64,000 bases of DNA, taken from Felis catus. Lineage: Eukaryota. Of this stretch, positions 1-12,791 are shown piece after piece. The first letter of the stretch is position 1. The number at the start of each line of letters is the position of its first letter. The DNA lies in the NCBI RefSeq assembly GCF_018350175.1, contig NC_058368.1, positions 60,948,001 through 61,012,000 on the forward strand. Direction: 5' to 3'. The translations under genes were made by a program, and so were the position numbers. The notes beneath the pieces are model-generated. The model made no database searches and was not told the origin of the DNA. It saw only the letters and a program-made list of their open reading frames with translations.

Positions 1-3000
1 AAATTCCTAGCAGTGCTATTGCTGGGTCATAGGGTATGTCTATTTTTAATTTTTTGAGGAACCTCCACACTGTTTTCCAGAGCGGCTGCACCAATTTGCA
101 TTCCCACCAACAGTGCAAGAGGGTTCCTGTTTCTCTACATCCTCTCCAGCATCTATAGTATCCTGATTTGTTCATTTTGGCCACTCTGACTGGTGTGAGG
201 GGATATCTGAGTGTGGTTTTGATTTGTATTTCCCTGATGAGGAGCGATGTTGAGCATCTTTTCATGTGCCTGTTGGCCATCTGGATGTCTTCTTTAGAGA
301 AGTGTCTATTCATGTTTTCTGCCCATTTCTTCACTGGGTTCTTTGTTTTTCGGGTGTGGAGTTTGGTGAGCTCCTTATAGATTTTGGATACTAGCCCTTT
401 GTCTGATATGTCATTTGCAAATATCTTTTCCCATTCCGTTGGTTGCCTTTTAGTTTTGTTGGTTGTTTCCTTTGCTGTGCAGAAGCTTTTTATCTTCATA
501 AGGTCCCAGTAGTTCATTCATTTTTGCTTTTAATTCCCTTGCCTTTAGGGATATGTCAAGTAAGAGATTGCTACGGCTGAGGTCAGAGAGGTCTTTTCCT
601 GCTTTCTCCTCTAGGGTTTTGATGGTTTCCAGTCTCACATTCAGGTCCTTTATCCATTTTGAGTTTATTTTTGTGAATGGTATGAGAAAGTGATCTAGTT
701 TCAACCTTCTGCATGTTGCTGTCCAGTTCTCCCAGCACCATTTGTTAAAGAGGCTGTCTTTTTTCCATTGGATGTTCTTTCCTGCTTTGTCAAAGATTAG
801 TTGGCCATACGTTTGTGGGTCTAGTTCTGGGGTTTCTATTCTATTCCATGGGTCTGTGTGTCTGTTTTTGTGCTAATACCATGCTGTCTTGATGATGACA
901 GCTTTGTAGTAGAGGCTAAAGTCTGGGATTGTGATGCCTCCTGCTTTGGTCTTCTTCAAAATTGCTTTGGCTACTTGGGGCCTTTTGTGGTTCCATATGA
1001 ATTTTAGGATTGCTTGTTGTAGCTTCAAGAAGAATGCTGGTACAATTTTGACTGGGATTGCATTGAATGTGTAAATAGCTTTGGGTAGTATTGACATTTT
1101 AACAATATTCTTCCAATCCATGAGCAGGGAATGTTTTTACATTTCTTTATATCTTCTTCAATTTCCTTCATAAGCTTTCTATAGTTTTCAGCATACAGAT
1201 CTTTTACATGTTTGATTAGATTTATCCCTAGGTATTTTATGCTTCTTGGTGCAATCGTGAATGGGATCAGTTTCTTTGTCTTTCTGTTGCTTCATTGTTA
1301 GTGTATAAGAATGCAACTGATTTCTGTGCATTGATTTTGTATCCTGCAACTTTGCTGAATTCCTGTATCAGTTCTAGCAGACTTTTAGTGGAGTCTATCG
1401 GATTTTCCATGTATAGTATCATGTCACCTGCAAAAAGTGAAAGCTTGACTTCATCTTTGCCAATTTTGATGCCTTTGGTTTCCTTTTGTTGTCTGATTGC
1501 TGATGCTAGAACTTCCAGCACTATGTTAAACAACAGCAGTGAGAGTGGGCATCCCTGTCGTGTTCCTGATCTCAGGGAAAAAGTGCTCTGTTTTTCCCCA
1601 TTGAGGATGATGTTAGCTGTGGGCTTTTCATAAATGGCTTTTATGATGTTTAAGTAAGTTCCTTCTATCACTACTTTCTGAAGGGTTTTTATTAAGAAAG
1701 GGTGCTGAATTTTGTCAAAGGCCTTTTCTGCATCAATTGACAGGATCATATGGTTCTTTTCTTTTATTAATGTGATGTTTCACATTGATTTGCGAGTGTT
1801 GAACCAGCCCTGCATCCCAGGAATGAATCCCACTTGATCATGGTGAATAATTCTTTTTACATGCTGTTGAATTCGATTTGCTAGTATCTTACCGAGAATT
1901 TTTGCATCCATATTCATCAGGGATATTGGCCTGTAGTTCTCTTTTTTTACTGGGTCTCTGTCTGGTTTAGGAATCAAAGTAATACTGGCTTCATAGAATG
2001 AGTCTGCAAGTTTTCCTTCCCTTTCTATTTCTTGGAATAGCTTGAGAAGGATAGGTATTATTTCTGCTTTAAACGTCTGGTAAAACTCCCCTGGGAAGCC
2101 ATCTGGTCCTGGACTCTTATTTGTTGGGAGATTTTTGATAACTGATTCAATTTCTTCGCTGGTTATGGGTCTGTTCAAGCTTTCTATTTCCTCCTGATTG
2201 AGTTTTGGAAGAGAGTGAGTGTTCAGGAATTTGTCCATTTCTTCCAGGTTGTCCAATTTGTTGGCATATAATTTTTCATAGTATTCTCTGATAATTGTAT
2301 CTCTGAGGGATTGGTTGTAATAATTCCATTTTCATTCATGATTTTATCTATTTGGGTCATCTCCCTTTTCTTTTTGAGAAGCCTGGCTAGAGATTTGTCA
2401 ATTTTGTTTTTTCAAAAACCAACTCTTGGTTTCATTGATCTGCTCTACCGTTTTTTTAGATTCTATATTGTTTATTTCTGCTCTGATCCTTATTCTCTTC
2501 TGCTAGGTTTAGGCTGCCTTTGATGTTCTGCTTCTATTTCCTTTAGGTGTGCTGTTAGATTTTGTATTTGGGATTTTTCTTGTTTCTTGAGATAGGCCTG
2601 GATTGCAATGTATTTTCCTCTCAGGACTGCCTTAGCTGCATCCCAAAGTGTTTGGATTGCTGTATTTTCATTTTTGTTTGTTTCCATGTATTTTTTGATA
2701 TCTTCTCTAATTGCCTGGTTGACCCACTCATTCTTTATTTAGTAGGGTTTTCTTTAACCTCCATACTTTTGGAGGTTTTCCAGACTTTTTCCTGTGGTTG
2801 ATTTCAAACTTCATAGCATTGTGGTCTGAAAGTATGCATGGTATAATTTTAATTCTTGTATACTTATGAAGGGCTGTTTTGTGACCCAGCATATGATCTA
2901 TCTTGGAGAATGTTCCATGTGCACTTGAGAAGAAAGTATATTCTGTTGCTTTGGGATGCAGCGTTCTAAATATATCTGTCAAGTCCATCTGATCCAATGT

Positions 3001-3507
3001 CTCATTCAGGGCCCTTGTTTCTTTATTGACCGTGTGTCTAGATGATCTATCCATTTCTGTAAGTGGAGTGTTGAAGTCCTCTGCGATTACCACATTCTTA
3101 TCAATAAGGTTGCTTATTTTTATGAGTAATTGTTTTATATATTTGGGGGCTCCCGTATTCAGCGCATAGACATTTATAACTGTTAGCTCTTCCTGATGGA
3201 TAGACCCTGTAATTATTATATAATGTCCTTCTTCATCTCTTGTTGCAGCCTTTAATTTAAAGTCTAGTTTGTCTGATATGAGTATGGCTACTCCAGCTTT
3301 CTTTTGACTTCCAGTAACATGATAAATAGTTCTCCATCCCCTCACTCTCAATCTAAAGGTGTCCTCAGGTCTAAAATGAGTCTCTTGTAGACAGCAAATA
3401 GATGGGTCTTGTTTTTTTATCCATTCTGATACCCTATGTCTTTTGGTTGGTGCATTTAATCCATTTACATTCAGTGTTATTATAGAAAGATACGGGTTGA
3501 GAGTCAT
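1..3507 (-). pseudogene. L1 ORF2 (endonuclease/reverse transcriptase), disrupted
   Basis: ATG at 3507 (MTLNPYLSIITLNVNG). Broken into fragments 2728-3561, 2490-2687, 1780-2256, 1267-1749, 873-1121 and 450-704. Catalytic FADD reads FAGD (1423-1434) and EN GDFN reads EDFN. Confidence 0.95.
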
Positions 3508-3557
3508 TGTGATGTCTGTATGTTTTATGCTTGTAGTGATGTCTCTGGGACTTTGTC

Positions 3558-4443
3558 TCACAAGGTCCCCCTTAGGATCTCTTGTAGGGCTGGTTTAGTG
3601 GTGACCAATTCCTTCAGTTTTTGTTTGGGAAGACCTTTATCTCTCCTTCTATTCTAAATGACAGACTTGCTGGATAAAGGATTCTTGGCTGCATATTTTT
3701 TCTGTTCATCACATTGAAGATCTCCTGCCATGCATTTCTGGCCTGCCAAGTTTCAAAAGAGAGATCAGTCACGAGTCTTATAGGTTTCCCTTTATATGTT
3801 AGGGCACGTTTATCCCTTGCTGCTTTCAGAATTTTCTCTTTATCCTTGTATTTTGCCAGTTACACTATGATATGTCATGCAGAAGATCGATTCAAGTTAC
3901 ATCTGAAGGGAGTTCTCTGTGCCTCTTGGATTTCAATGCCTTTTTCCTTCCCCAGTTCAGGGAAGTTCTCAGCTATTATTTCTTCAGGTACCCCTTCAGC
4001 ACCTTTCCCTCTCTCTTCCTCCTCTGGAATACCAATTATGCGTATATTATTTCTCTTTAGTGCATCACTTAGTTCTCTAATTTTCCCCTCATACTCCTGG
4101 ATTTTTTTTATCTCTTTTTCTCAGCTTTCTCTTTTTCCATAACTTTATCTTCTAGTTCACCTATTCTCTCCTCTGCCTCTTCAATCTGAGCCGTGGTGGT
4201 TTCCATTTTGTTTTGCATTTCGTTTAAAGTGTTTTTCAGCTCCTCGTGACTGTTCCTTAGTCCCTTGATCTCTATAGCAAGAGATTCTCTGCTGTCCTCT
4301 ATACTGTTTTCAAGCCCAGAGATTAATTTTATGACTATTATTCTAAATTCACTTTCTGCTATATTATTTAAATCCGTTTTGATCAGTTCATTAGCTGTTA
4401 TTTCCTGGAGATTCTTTTGAGGGAAATTCTTCCGTTTGGTCAT
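3558..4443 (-). pseudogene. L1 ORF1 (coiled-coil RNA-binding protein), frameshifted
   Basis: Starts MTKRKNFPQKNLQE at 4443, with coiled-coil heptads to about 4108 where the frame breaks in an A-run. C-terminus TKPALQEILRGTL* ends at 3558. Confidence 0.92.
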
Positions 4444-5299
4444 TTTGGATAGTCCCTGAAGTGGTGCGGACCTGCAGGGCACTTCCCCTGTGCTGTGGTG
4501 TATAACTGGAGTTGGTGGGCGGGGCCGCAGTCCGACCTGATGTCTGCCCCCAGCCCACCGCTGGGGCCACAGTCAGACTGGTGTGTGCCTTCTCTTCCCC
4601 TCTCCTAGGGGCGGGATTCACTGTGGGGTGGCGTGGCCCGTCTGGGCTACTTGCACACTGCCAGGCTTGTGGTGCTGGGGATCTGGTGTATTAGCTGGGG
4701 TGGGTAGGCAAGGTGCACGGGGGCAGGAGGGGTAGGCTTAGCTCGCTTCTCCTTAGGTGATCCACTTCAGGAGGGGCCCTGTGGCAGCGGGAGGGAGTCA
4801 GACCCACTGCCGGAGGGGTGGCTCCACAGAAGCACAGCGTTAGGTGTTTGCGCAGAGCAAGCAAGTTCCCTGGCAGGAACTGGTTCCCTTTGGGATTTTG
4901 GCTGGGGATGGGCGAGGGAGATGGCACTGGCAAGCGCCTTTGTTCCCTGCCAAACTGAGCTCTGTCGTCCTGGGGCTCAGCAACTCTCCCTCCCTTTGTC
5001 CTCCAGCCTTCCGGCTTTCCGAGCAGAGTTGTTAACTTATGACCTCCCAGATGCTAAGTCCTGCTCTTGTAGGAACACACTCCATCTGGCCCCTCCGCTT
5101 TTGCAAGCCAGACTCGGTGCCCCTGCTTGGCCGGCAGGCTGCCCCTCCACCCAGGCTCCCTCCCGCCAGTCCGTAGAGCGTGCACTGCCTCCCTGCCCTT
5201 CCTACCCTCTTCCGTGGGCCTCTAGTCTGTGCTTGCCTCCAGAGACTCTGTTCTGCTAATCCTCTGGCAGTTTTCTGGGTTATTTAGGCAGGTGTAGGT
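4444..5299 (-). promoter_or_regulatory. L1 5'UTR / internal Pol II promoter region
   Basis: Longest GC-rich, CpG-containing stretch in the window, directly upstream of ORF1, with an abrupt return to AT-rich DNA after 5299. Promoter role comes from general L1 biology, not from data here. Confidence 0.8.
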
Positions 5300-5761
5300 C
5301 AGAGGATGTCATCCTCTGTGGGATCCCTGTGAGTCAAAGTCATCGGTGACCCGCTTTAATATTTAGGTGTCAAGTATTTGGCAACTATTTTATGGATTTT
5401 TCTGTCAAGGCCATTTCCTAGCTGATCTGAGACAGCTGCCTGATTGAATGTCTGCCCTATATATTATTAACTTCACTCTTTTAGAACCACTTCCAATGAC
5501 AAACCATGTCTTGTCATTTTCAACCTTCTTTATGCCATTACAGTTGACATCTCCTGAGTATCTACATGAAGATTTGTTTCTGCCAACATGGAAATATTTT
5601 CCAGAATGAGACAAGAGTCTTGAACTGGTCTCTGAAGTGGTCATTCTCAATTGACTAAATTACATATCATATGTGTGGTATCAAATTAGAGAAGATAATG
5701 GAATAACAAAACCTTTGGCATAAACCTACAATATAAAAACAATTTTTTCAAATTCAGGCAT

Positions 5762-5950
5762 TTTTAAAAAATGTTTTATTTTGAGAGACTGAGACATACA
5801 AGGAGGTGAAGGGCAGAGAGAATTCCAAGCAGGTGTCATGCCATTAGCACAGGAGCTTGATGCAGGGCTTGATCTCATAACCATGAGACCATAACCTGAG
5901 CTGAAATCAAGAGTCTTGACACCTAAGCAACTGAGCCACACAGGCACCCC
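5762..5950 (-). mobile_element. Carnivore tRNA-derived SINE (Can-SINE), older copy
   Basis: Reverse-complemented head (CTGAGCCACACAGGCACCCC), GA-rich body and T-rich tail; degenerate TSD ATTCAGG..TTTT. Confidence 0.9.
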
Positions 5951-7684
5951 TAACATTCAGGTGTTTTAAAGACCTTTTTACATGTATTAAAGTTTTTTAA
6001 AGATATAATGCCACTATCAATTAGGTAAGATTTATTATCTCAATTATACAAATAAAGGAAAATAAGAAAGGGCAATAGTTCTCCAGTGATACAGCATTTT
6101 GTTATGGAATCTAAAAAGAACCCCAAATCTAACTCGTAGCCCAGAAGAGTTTCCATAATACTGTTTGTGCCTCTCTTACTACAATAATCCTGAATAATTG
6201 AGGCCAGTTTCCACTTGATTTAGTTAAAATTGTTATGGGCTATTCCCAGAAACGATCAGTAGAAACATCACATTTCACACTTCTCATCCCTAATATACAC
6301 TGTCTTCAACCTGCCCGGAAATTGGAACACCCTGGTGTTTCTTAACATCCTGGCAAACTCCAAGCCAATTTCAAATTCTCTGTATTTTCAGAATGTCCCT
6401 GTAATGTAGATTGAGATGGGACAGTTATATTCATTTTGAACTCCTTCCCAGTGTAGCGTACAGAGCTCTTGGCCCCAGACTCTCTCAGAGGCTGAGACTA
6501 TAAATACATAAATTTATTTCCCTTTATTCCCCCTGTCCTATTCATCTCCTGTAATCTAATGGGGTTCAATGTAGTCTTGATTATGCTATAACCTCTTCAT
6601 GCTCAGTGCCAATCAACTCCACCTCTTTTCTATTGTCTAAAACAGTCTACTGAGGTAATTAGATAAAATGAGAAAAGTAGCCCAAGGTTGACTACAGTTT
6701 ATCTAGATGTGTTTTTTAGCTACACTGAAAGAACAAGCACAGTATTCTGAATATTGTCATAAAAATGACCTGGTATGGTAGGATTGTATAACCTGGGAAC
6801 ATTATAAGTTTAAAAATATATCTGGAAGTACTTAGCATTTCCTGGGTATTAGTGAAACGACACTTTTTGGTATAGCATTCATAACAGTGCTGTGAAACAG
6901 ACACTTTAATTTTCCATCCTTTTAGAAGGGAGTTTGTTATGTTTTACCTAATGAGTTTGTGTGCTCACACATGCTTAGTTGGGAGGGACTAAATTGATTA
7001 CTTCTTATAGCATTAGGTGAGGCATTTTAGGTCTGACTTGAAAGTACCATGTACTGTTGTGCACAAAGCAGGGGGAGCATTTTGAGGTTTCTGTATGAGG
7101 TGAAGGAAAAAGACAATGAGAATAGTGTAGAATCATGAACTATAAGAAGAGTCATCAAAACTTTGATGAAATTATTAACCTTACTACTTGGTGTAAATAA
7201 ATTATTTTTTACAGAAATCAGATAATAGGCTCGATTTCATAACCAAGGTATCAAACCAAAAGGAACAGAAATTTATGGCAACTTTGAATTCTTTTCTGAA
7301 ACTTTACACATTCATAAAATTGATTTGGATCAAGCTCAATATGCTTTCTAGAAGCCAAGTGCCTTGCTTATATCTAGTTTACACAGTGGTATAGTAATTA
7401 TCACAAGATTGAATTTTACTAAAAATTTGTACACATTTTAGTTAGAATGTATGTCAATAAACTAAGAAAATTATATGGGAGAAAATCATGAACCTCTAAG
7501 TGAAAGAGGAATTGTGATGTACAGGATTCTATGGTTTGTCAATGTAGTATACTTAAGAATGTCCAAATCAGAAGTAAGATTTACATCCTCATAACCTATA
7601 AATGCTTGAACTGCATTTGAAAGGGTAATGGAAAATATCTAGCTGGCTAGGTAACAATATTTTATCTAAAATCTAGTAGAAATT

Positions 7685-7900
7685 TATAGTGAGAGCATGG
7701 CATCAGATTACTTCAGGTTTGACTTCTAGATCCTGTATGTCAGCTTAAAAACCTTGGAAAAGTTAATCTTTCTATTTGGCTCTCTGAGATTGATAACATG
7801 TTATCTGTCATAGGATCATTGTAATGACTAACATAAATGAGGTAATAAAGAGTAGAATTTTGGAAGTGTAATATAGACAAAAAATGCTATTTATTATCAT
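7685..7900 (+). mobile_element. MIR relic
   Basis: Degenerate MIR core (ACCTTGGAAAAGTTAATCTTTCT ... TCATAGGATCATTGTAATGACTAA). Confidence 0.55.
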
Positions 7901-7924
7901 TATTTTTGTCTCTTGTAAATTTTA

Positions 7925-8136
7925 TTTTTTTAAGTTTATTTTTATTCATTTAGAGAGGTGGGGAGAGGGAGAGAGAGCAAGCAGGGGAGGGACGGAGAGA
8001 GGGGGAGACAGAATCTCAAGCAGGCTCCACAATATCAGTACAGTGCCCAACGTGAGGCTCAAACCTAGGAACAGTGAGATCATGACCCGAGCCAAAATCA
8101 AGAGTAGGGCACTAAACTGATCAACCCAGGCGCCCC
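7925..8136 (-). mobile_element. Can-SINE with perfect 18-bp TSD
   Basis: TSD TGTCTCTTGTAAATTTTA at 7907-7924 and 8137-8154; head CCCAGGCGCCCC. Confidence 0.95.
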
Positions 8137-8164
8137 TGTCTCTTGTAAATTTTAAGTTAAATTG

Positions 8165-9285
8165 GCCTCTTTGGTATTCTGGGGTGAAATGGGAAGAATG
8201 CATAAAGTATTTCTGCTGCATCCTGAAGCATTATGATTGTCTCAGGGAAAAGCACCTGTGTGACACCAGAGCTGTGATGTGAACTAGCCACTGTCTTCTT
8301 GAAATACCATTTTTCCTTGAAAGGACAACTTCAGACAGACTGGTTATTCAGACTTGAAGATTTGGCAGAGACATTATAGAAATGAATGTCATTTCAAGGA
8401 AAACCATTGAAAACATGGGTTTCCAATGATAAATTGAGGTTTTTGAGAAAATATTAGAATTTTCAGAAACCTGTATCTGCCACCCTGAGCTTGACAGGCT
8501 CTTATCTGATGATATTGGCAGGGATGTTAGCCGTCGTGATTTTTTTTTAATATGGTTTGGTGAAGTACATTAGATTTTATAATGTCCATATAATTCAGTG
8601 AACCAATATTTTTCAAGTAACTAGTGTATGATAATTAAAAAAATCCTGCATGGTCATTTAAAGCACAAGATAGGCCAACAGATTTCAACATAAGACCACG
8701 TAAAGTTCACTGATAAGGCTTCAGATTGTACATTACAATTGTAACCTTTAAGACAGTATCCTTTACCTAGTTTTAGTGTTGAATCAAAAAGTATCCACAG
8801 TTAACTGAAAAGGTTATTAAAACACTCCTTCCTGGGGCTCCTGGGTGGCTCAGTCGGTTAAGCGGCCAACTTCAGCTCAGGTCACGGTCTCGCGGTCCGT
8901 GAGTTCGAGCCCCGTGTCGGGCTCTGGGCAGATGGCTCAGGGCCTGGAGCCTGCTTCCGATTCTGTGTCTCCCTCTCTCTGCCCCTCCCCCGTTCATGCT
9001 CTGTCTCTCTCTCAAAAATAAATAAAAAAACGTTAAAAAATTAATTAAAATTAAAAAAATTAAAAACTAAATAAATAAAAAAAAAATAAAATACTCCTTC
9101 CTAACATATCTGAGGCCAGATTTTCTCCACGTATTTCAACCAAAACTACCATAATACCACAGAGTGAATTCAGAAGCATGATTGAGAATCAATGTGTCTT
9201 CTGGAAATCCAGACTAAAGGGATTTGTAAATCTGTAGAATAATCGTTCTATTCTTGCTAATTCTTCTGGGAAACATGTCTCATTA
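8165..9285 (+). mobile_element. hAT-Charlie DNA transposon fossil (Charlie1/1a-like transposase 3' half), interrupted by a SINE
   Basis: Matches remembered Charlie1 consensus along its length (CTGCTGCATCCTGAAG..TTGTCTCAGGGAAAAGCAC; TGGTTATTCAGACTTG; TCAGTGAACCAATATTTT; TGAGGCCAGATTTTCT, the hAT dimerisation region). Confidence 0.85.
8834..9086 (+). mobile_element. Felid Can-SINE with long patterned A-tail
   Basis: GGGGCTCCTGGGTGGCTCAGTCGG (A box) and GTTCGAGCCC (B box); TSD TAAAA(C/T)ACTCCTTCCT at 8818-8833 and 9087-9102. Confidence 0.96.
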
Positions 9286-10394
9286 AAAAAGAAAAAAAAA
9301 AACAAAAAAAAAAAAACTTGGCCTCCTTGGTATTTGTCAAACACACTTAGCATTTATCTATCTTGGCAACTTTTGGACATAAGATTTGTCTCCTTTCCAG
9401 CTTAATTCCCTTATTTGTTTTCATAACTCACTTGTTTAATTCTGGTTTCTTTTTAGAAAGACATAATCAGAGATGCCTTCTTTACCTAGTCAAAAAGTGT
9501 TCTCAACTATTTTTGTCAATCACCATTTGGTATTAAATTTATTTATAGTTTTCCCTCCCACACTAATATGGAAGCCCCATGAGCAGACACACCTGCAGAC
9601 CTCGCCCCATTTTCCTCAGTACATTTTTTACTGGAACTGAAATATTCTTTTATAAGATTGTGGTCAAGAGTGCATAGGAAGTTTACAGAGTAACATACTG
9701 TAAAAAGTCTTATGGAATAATCAATGGAAAAGCAACAGACTAAGCTCTTCCATAAATAGTTGAAGAAAATTGCTATGAATGAGAAAAAGAGTAATACAAA
9801 GTATCCAAATAATCCCAGATGTCATGGGTTTAATTTTACTTTCACAAATAAAATTTAAATATATGTAAAATAGCATATGTTAACCTTTACTAAATTGCAT
9901 TAGCTGAAGAAATATTTAAATTCTAAAATGTTGATTAAATTTTGAGAGATGTTTAGTGAATACACAGATTTAAAAACAGGGGACTGTTTGAATTTCAAAG
10001 TATATTAATAGTACTTCAATGAAAATTCCTTGTGTGGTAGAAATCCTTGTGGTAGTAAAGTGCCCTAGTCTTCTGGCTTGCTTTACTATGCTTAATCCAC
10101 AATTCACCAGTAACACACACATAGGTGGGCACATAAGACAGATTATTCATTTCTATTTTTCTGTGAGAATTCTTGATTTGACACTGGGAACATTTACCTG
10201 CTAGAAAAAAAGTGGCAAAGTAGTATTGGGAGAGCCAGAGCCAATAGGAAGAAAAGACATAATCCTATATCCATATTAGTATAGAATGAAGCTATTCCTT
10301 GACAAGTAGAGATTGATTCGTGGTGGTAACTCCAGTTCCAAGGACTGACAACCATGATCCCTGCAATTCATTCAATTCTGTAAGCTTTTTGTAT

Positions 10395-10655
10395 CTTTTC
10401 CAAACACATGAACCAAAATGTTTACTTTTTTAGACTATTTGGAGTGCTTTTTAACCTATAAAAATGTTTACCATTACTGTAGCCAAACAGTTTTGGAAAA
10501 ATCTGAATTGACAATAGGTTCAAGAGCTTTATAAATATCAGTAACACACAAAACAGGCAAAATGTATCACGTTTCACAAATGTATTTGATCACAAAATAT
10601 TCTATTACCTGCAAAAACAAAACAAAACCAAAAACACTTGGAAGACAAAGTTTAC
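10395..10655. mobile_element. MER103-like hAT element relic
   Basis: Internal inverted motifs (GTAGCCAAACAGTTTTGGAAA / GTTTCACAAATGTATTTGATCAC) resemble remembered MER103C. Confidence 0.45.
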
Positions 10656-11482
10656 CATAAAAAAACCTTAGAATCAGTTTTTCTCCTACCTGATCTCGTA
10701 CAAATATTTAGGAACTCTCCCAAATACTTGGACAAATCTTTTCCATTACATGTACTTTCCCTCTGTTGAATAACTTATTCCATAAACATAATTTCTTCTT
10801 CCATAAACATATTTCCACTCACATTGTTAGAGTTCAGTTTTTACTTTCTGCAACCATTTTTAATGCTTGTCATTTTCATCTTCTCTTTCTACTGTCTCAA
10901 ACTTTAAATTACAATTAGGTATTTCTCTCCTTCCCTAGATGATAAACTTTTCAGTTCCAGGGACAGCATTTTATTAATTCTTGTGTCCTCATTACTGTCT
11001 ACAATAATATGGTAGAGGATGACATCTTGAGTTGACTTGAATTAAAATTAGTCACAAATTACAATATTGCATATAATCTCAGCTCATCTTTATTGCTCCA
11101 TAAATGTTTTTCTTCCTCTATTTCCTTTGTAAATATAACTTTACATGGAGCATAAAGGTAGAAACTGAAAGAAGAGGTAGAACAACAGAAAGATCTTTTA
11201 GTAACTCTTCATTTCACTTAGCCTGGGTATGAGGTCCTAGCTACTCTTCATTAGGGCTTTCAGTTCATTTGCCCCCCTTTGTCCCCATACTTCCCATTTG
11301 ATTGTTCTGCCATGTACTGTCACCTGCTGTTGTCTTTTTCTACAGTCCAGTAGAGAATCACTCTAAGCGTTCTATAAAGATTTTAATAATCAGTCTGCTT
11401 ATTCTCTTCAGTGCTACTGTTATGGTAATTCTCAGGGATTTCAACATACACATAGATGACCCTATAATCTAACCTCAGTTTT

Positions 11483-11707
11483 TTTTTTTTTAAATTTTTT
11501 TTTTCAACGTTTATTTATTTTTGGGACAGAGAGAGACAGAGCATGAACGGGGGAGGGGCAGAGAGAGAGGGAGACACAGAATCAGAAACAGGCTCCAGGC
11601 TCTGAGCCATCAGCCCAGAGCCCGACGCGGGGCTCGAACTCATGGACCAAGAGATCGTGACCTGGCTGAAGTCGGGCGCTTAACCGACTGCGCCACCCAG
11701 GCGCCCC
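11483..11707 (-). mobile_element. Young felid SINE (SINEC_Fc-type), copy A of a tandem dimer
   Basis: Full-length and CpG-rich; lies inside the shared TSD TCTAACCTCAGTTTT (11468-11482, 11929-11943). Confidence 0.97.
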
Positions 11708-11928
11708 TTTTTAAATTTTTTTTTTCAACGTTTATTTATTTTTGGGACAGAGAGAGACAGAGCATGAACGGGGGAGGGGCAGAGAGAGAGGGAGACACAG
11801 AATCAGAAACAGGCTCCAGGCTCTGAGCCATCAGCCCAGAGCCCGATGCGGGGCTCGAACTCACGGACCGCGAGATCGTGACCTGGCTGAAGTCGGACGC
11901 TTAACCGACTGCGCCACCCAGGCGCCCC
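11708..11928 (-). mobile_element. Young felid SINE (SINEC_Fc-type), copy B of a tandem dimer
   Basis: 221-bp period with copy A; 5 substitutions between the two bodies. Confidence 0.97.
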
Positions 11929-12147
11929 TCTAACCTCAGTTTTAACTTCTACTCTTGCAGTCAGCTTTTCTCCTACCACTATTGCAGCCACCACATCTGT
12001 GAAAGTAAATTAAGATCTGGCCATTACCAGTAATTGTTAACAAGTATCCTACACTTCAACATGTTCTCCCATGTTTTTAACAGTCCAGTCCTAGCATGTA
12101 GAGTCCAAAACTCTAGCATGTATTTATTATACTTTACTGCCCTAATC

Positions 12148-12345
12148 TTATAACTTTAATTCAAAGAGAGAGAGTGCAAGTGGGAGAGGGGCAGAGAGAG
12201 AGGGAGTCACAGAATCTGAAGCAGGCTCCAGGCTCCAAGCTGTCAACACAGAGCCCAATGCAGGGCTCGAACTCAGGAACCGTAAGATCATGACCTGAGC
12301 CGAAGTTGGATGTTTAACTGACGGAGCCACCCCTGCAGGCACCCC
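12148..12345 (-). mobile_element. Can-SINE
   Basis: GA-rich body, CAGAATCTGAAGCAGGCTCCAGGCT, GGGCTCGAACTC (B box, reverse), head CAGGCACCCC. Confidence 0.92.
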
Positions 12346-12759
12346 ATAAAGTTATCAGTTCATTACTCATAAAACTCCATGTGCACACACTCCCCTCACA
12401 GACCCTTCTGTAGACCTGTATAGTGTTTAAATTATGCTGTGTGAAATTAAATACACCATACTTCCTGATTCATACCTGGACTCACTAAGTTGAATGTGGC
12501 TGGAGAAAACATGCAAGTTATCTGGTCTCAATTTAAAACCATGAGCATTAACCTCAAGTGGATTCTTAGAACTTCCAAGCAATAAGAAAGTATTATTTCA
12601 TCCATTATTCCAATATCCTAGACACTGAATTTACACTTTTCCTAATACCACCAGCAGTTAGTTTGTTTTCCTCACTCTAGCATTTGTACTTCTTGCTTTC
12701 TCTCAAAGAGAAGTGAGGCAATCAGAAGAATCCATCTGTGACCTGCCATCACTATCTGA

Positions 12760-12791
12760 ACCTACCTACCTACCTGCCTACCTACCTACCT
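12760..12791. repeat. (CCTA)n tetranucleotide repeat
   Basis: About 8 units with one variant, read directly. Confidence 0.85.

Larger units (their letters stand above)
1..5299 (-). mobile_element. Felid-type LINE-1, near full length at the 5' end, 3' end beyond the window; inactive
   Basis: Colinear minus-strand order of GC-rich 5'UTR, ORF1 and ORF2. ORF-track fragments carry EN motifs (SIITLNVNGLN, CCLQETH, SDHN), Z-domain PGPDGF and RT motifs ([16 protein letters not shown]). Multiple frameshifts. Confidence 0.97.

Noticed and set aside
4512..5259. Antisense ORFs in the L1 5'UTR as an ORF0-like gene
   Set aside because: Short ORFs are expected in GC-rich DNA. ORF0 is described for primate L1s and I see no similarity or other support.
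1..5299. Potentially active L1
   Set aside because: ORF1 is frameshifted, ORF2 is broken into at least six pieces, and the RT FADD motif reads FAGD.
8834..8920. tRNA genes (A and B boxes present)
   Set aside because: The boxes belong to tRNA-derived SINE heads followed by CT tracts and A tails; no complete cloverleaf.
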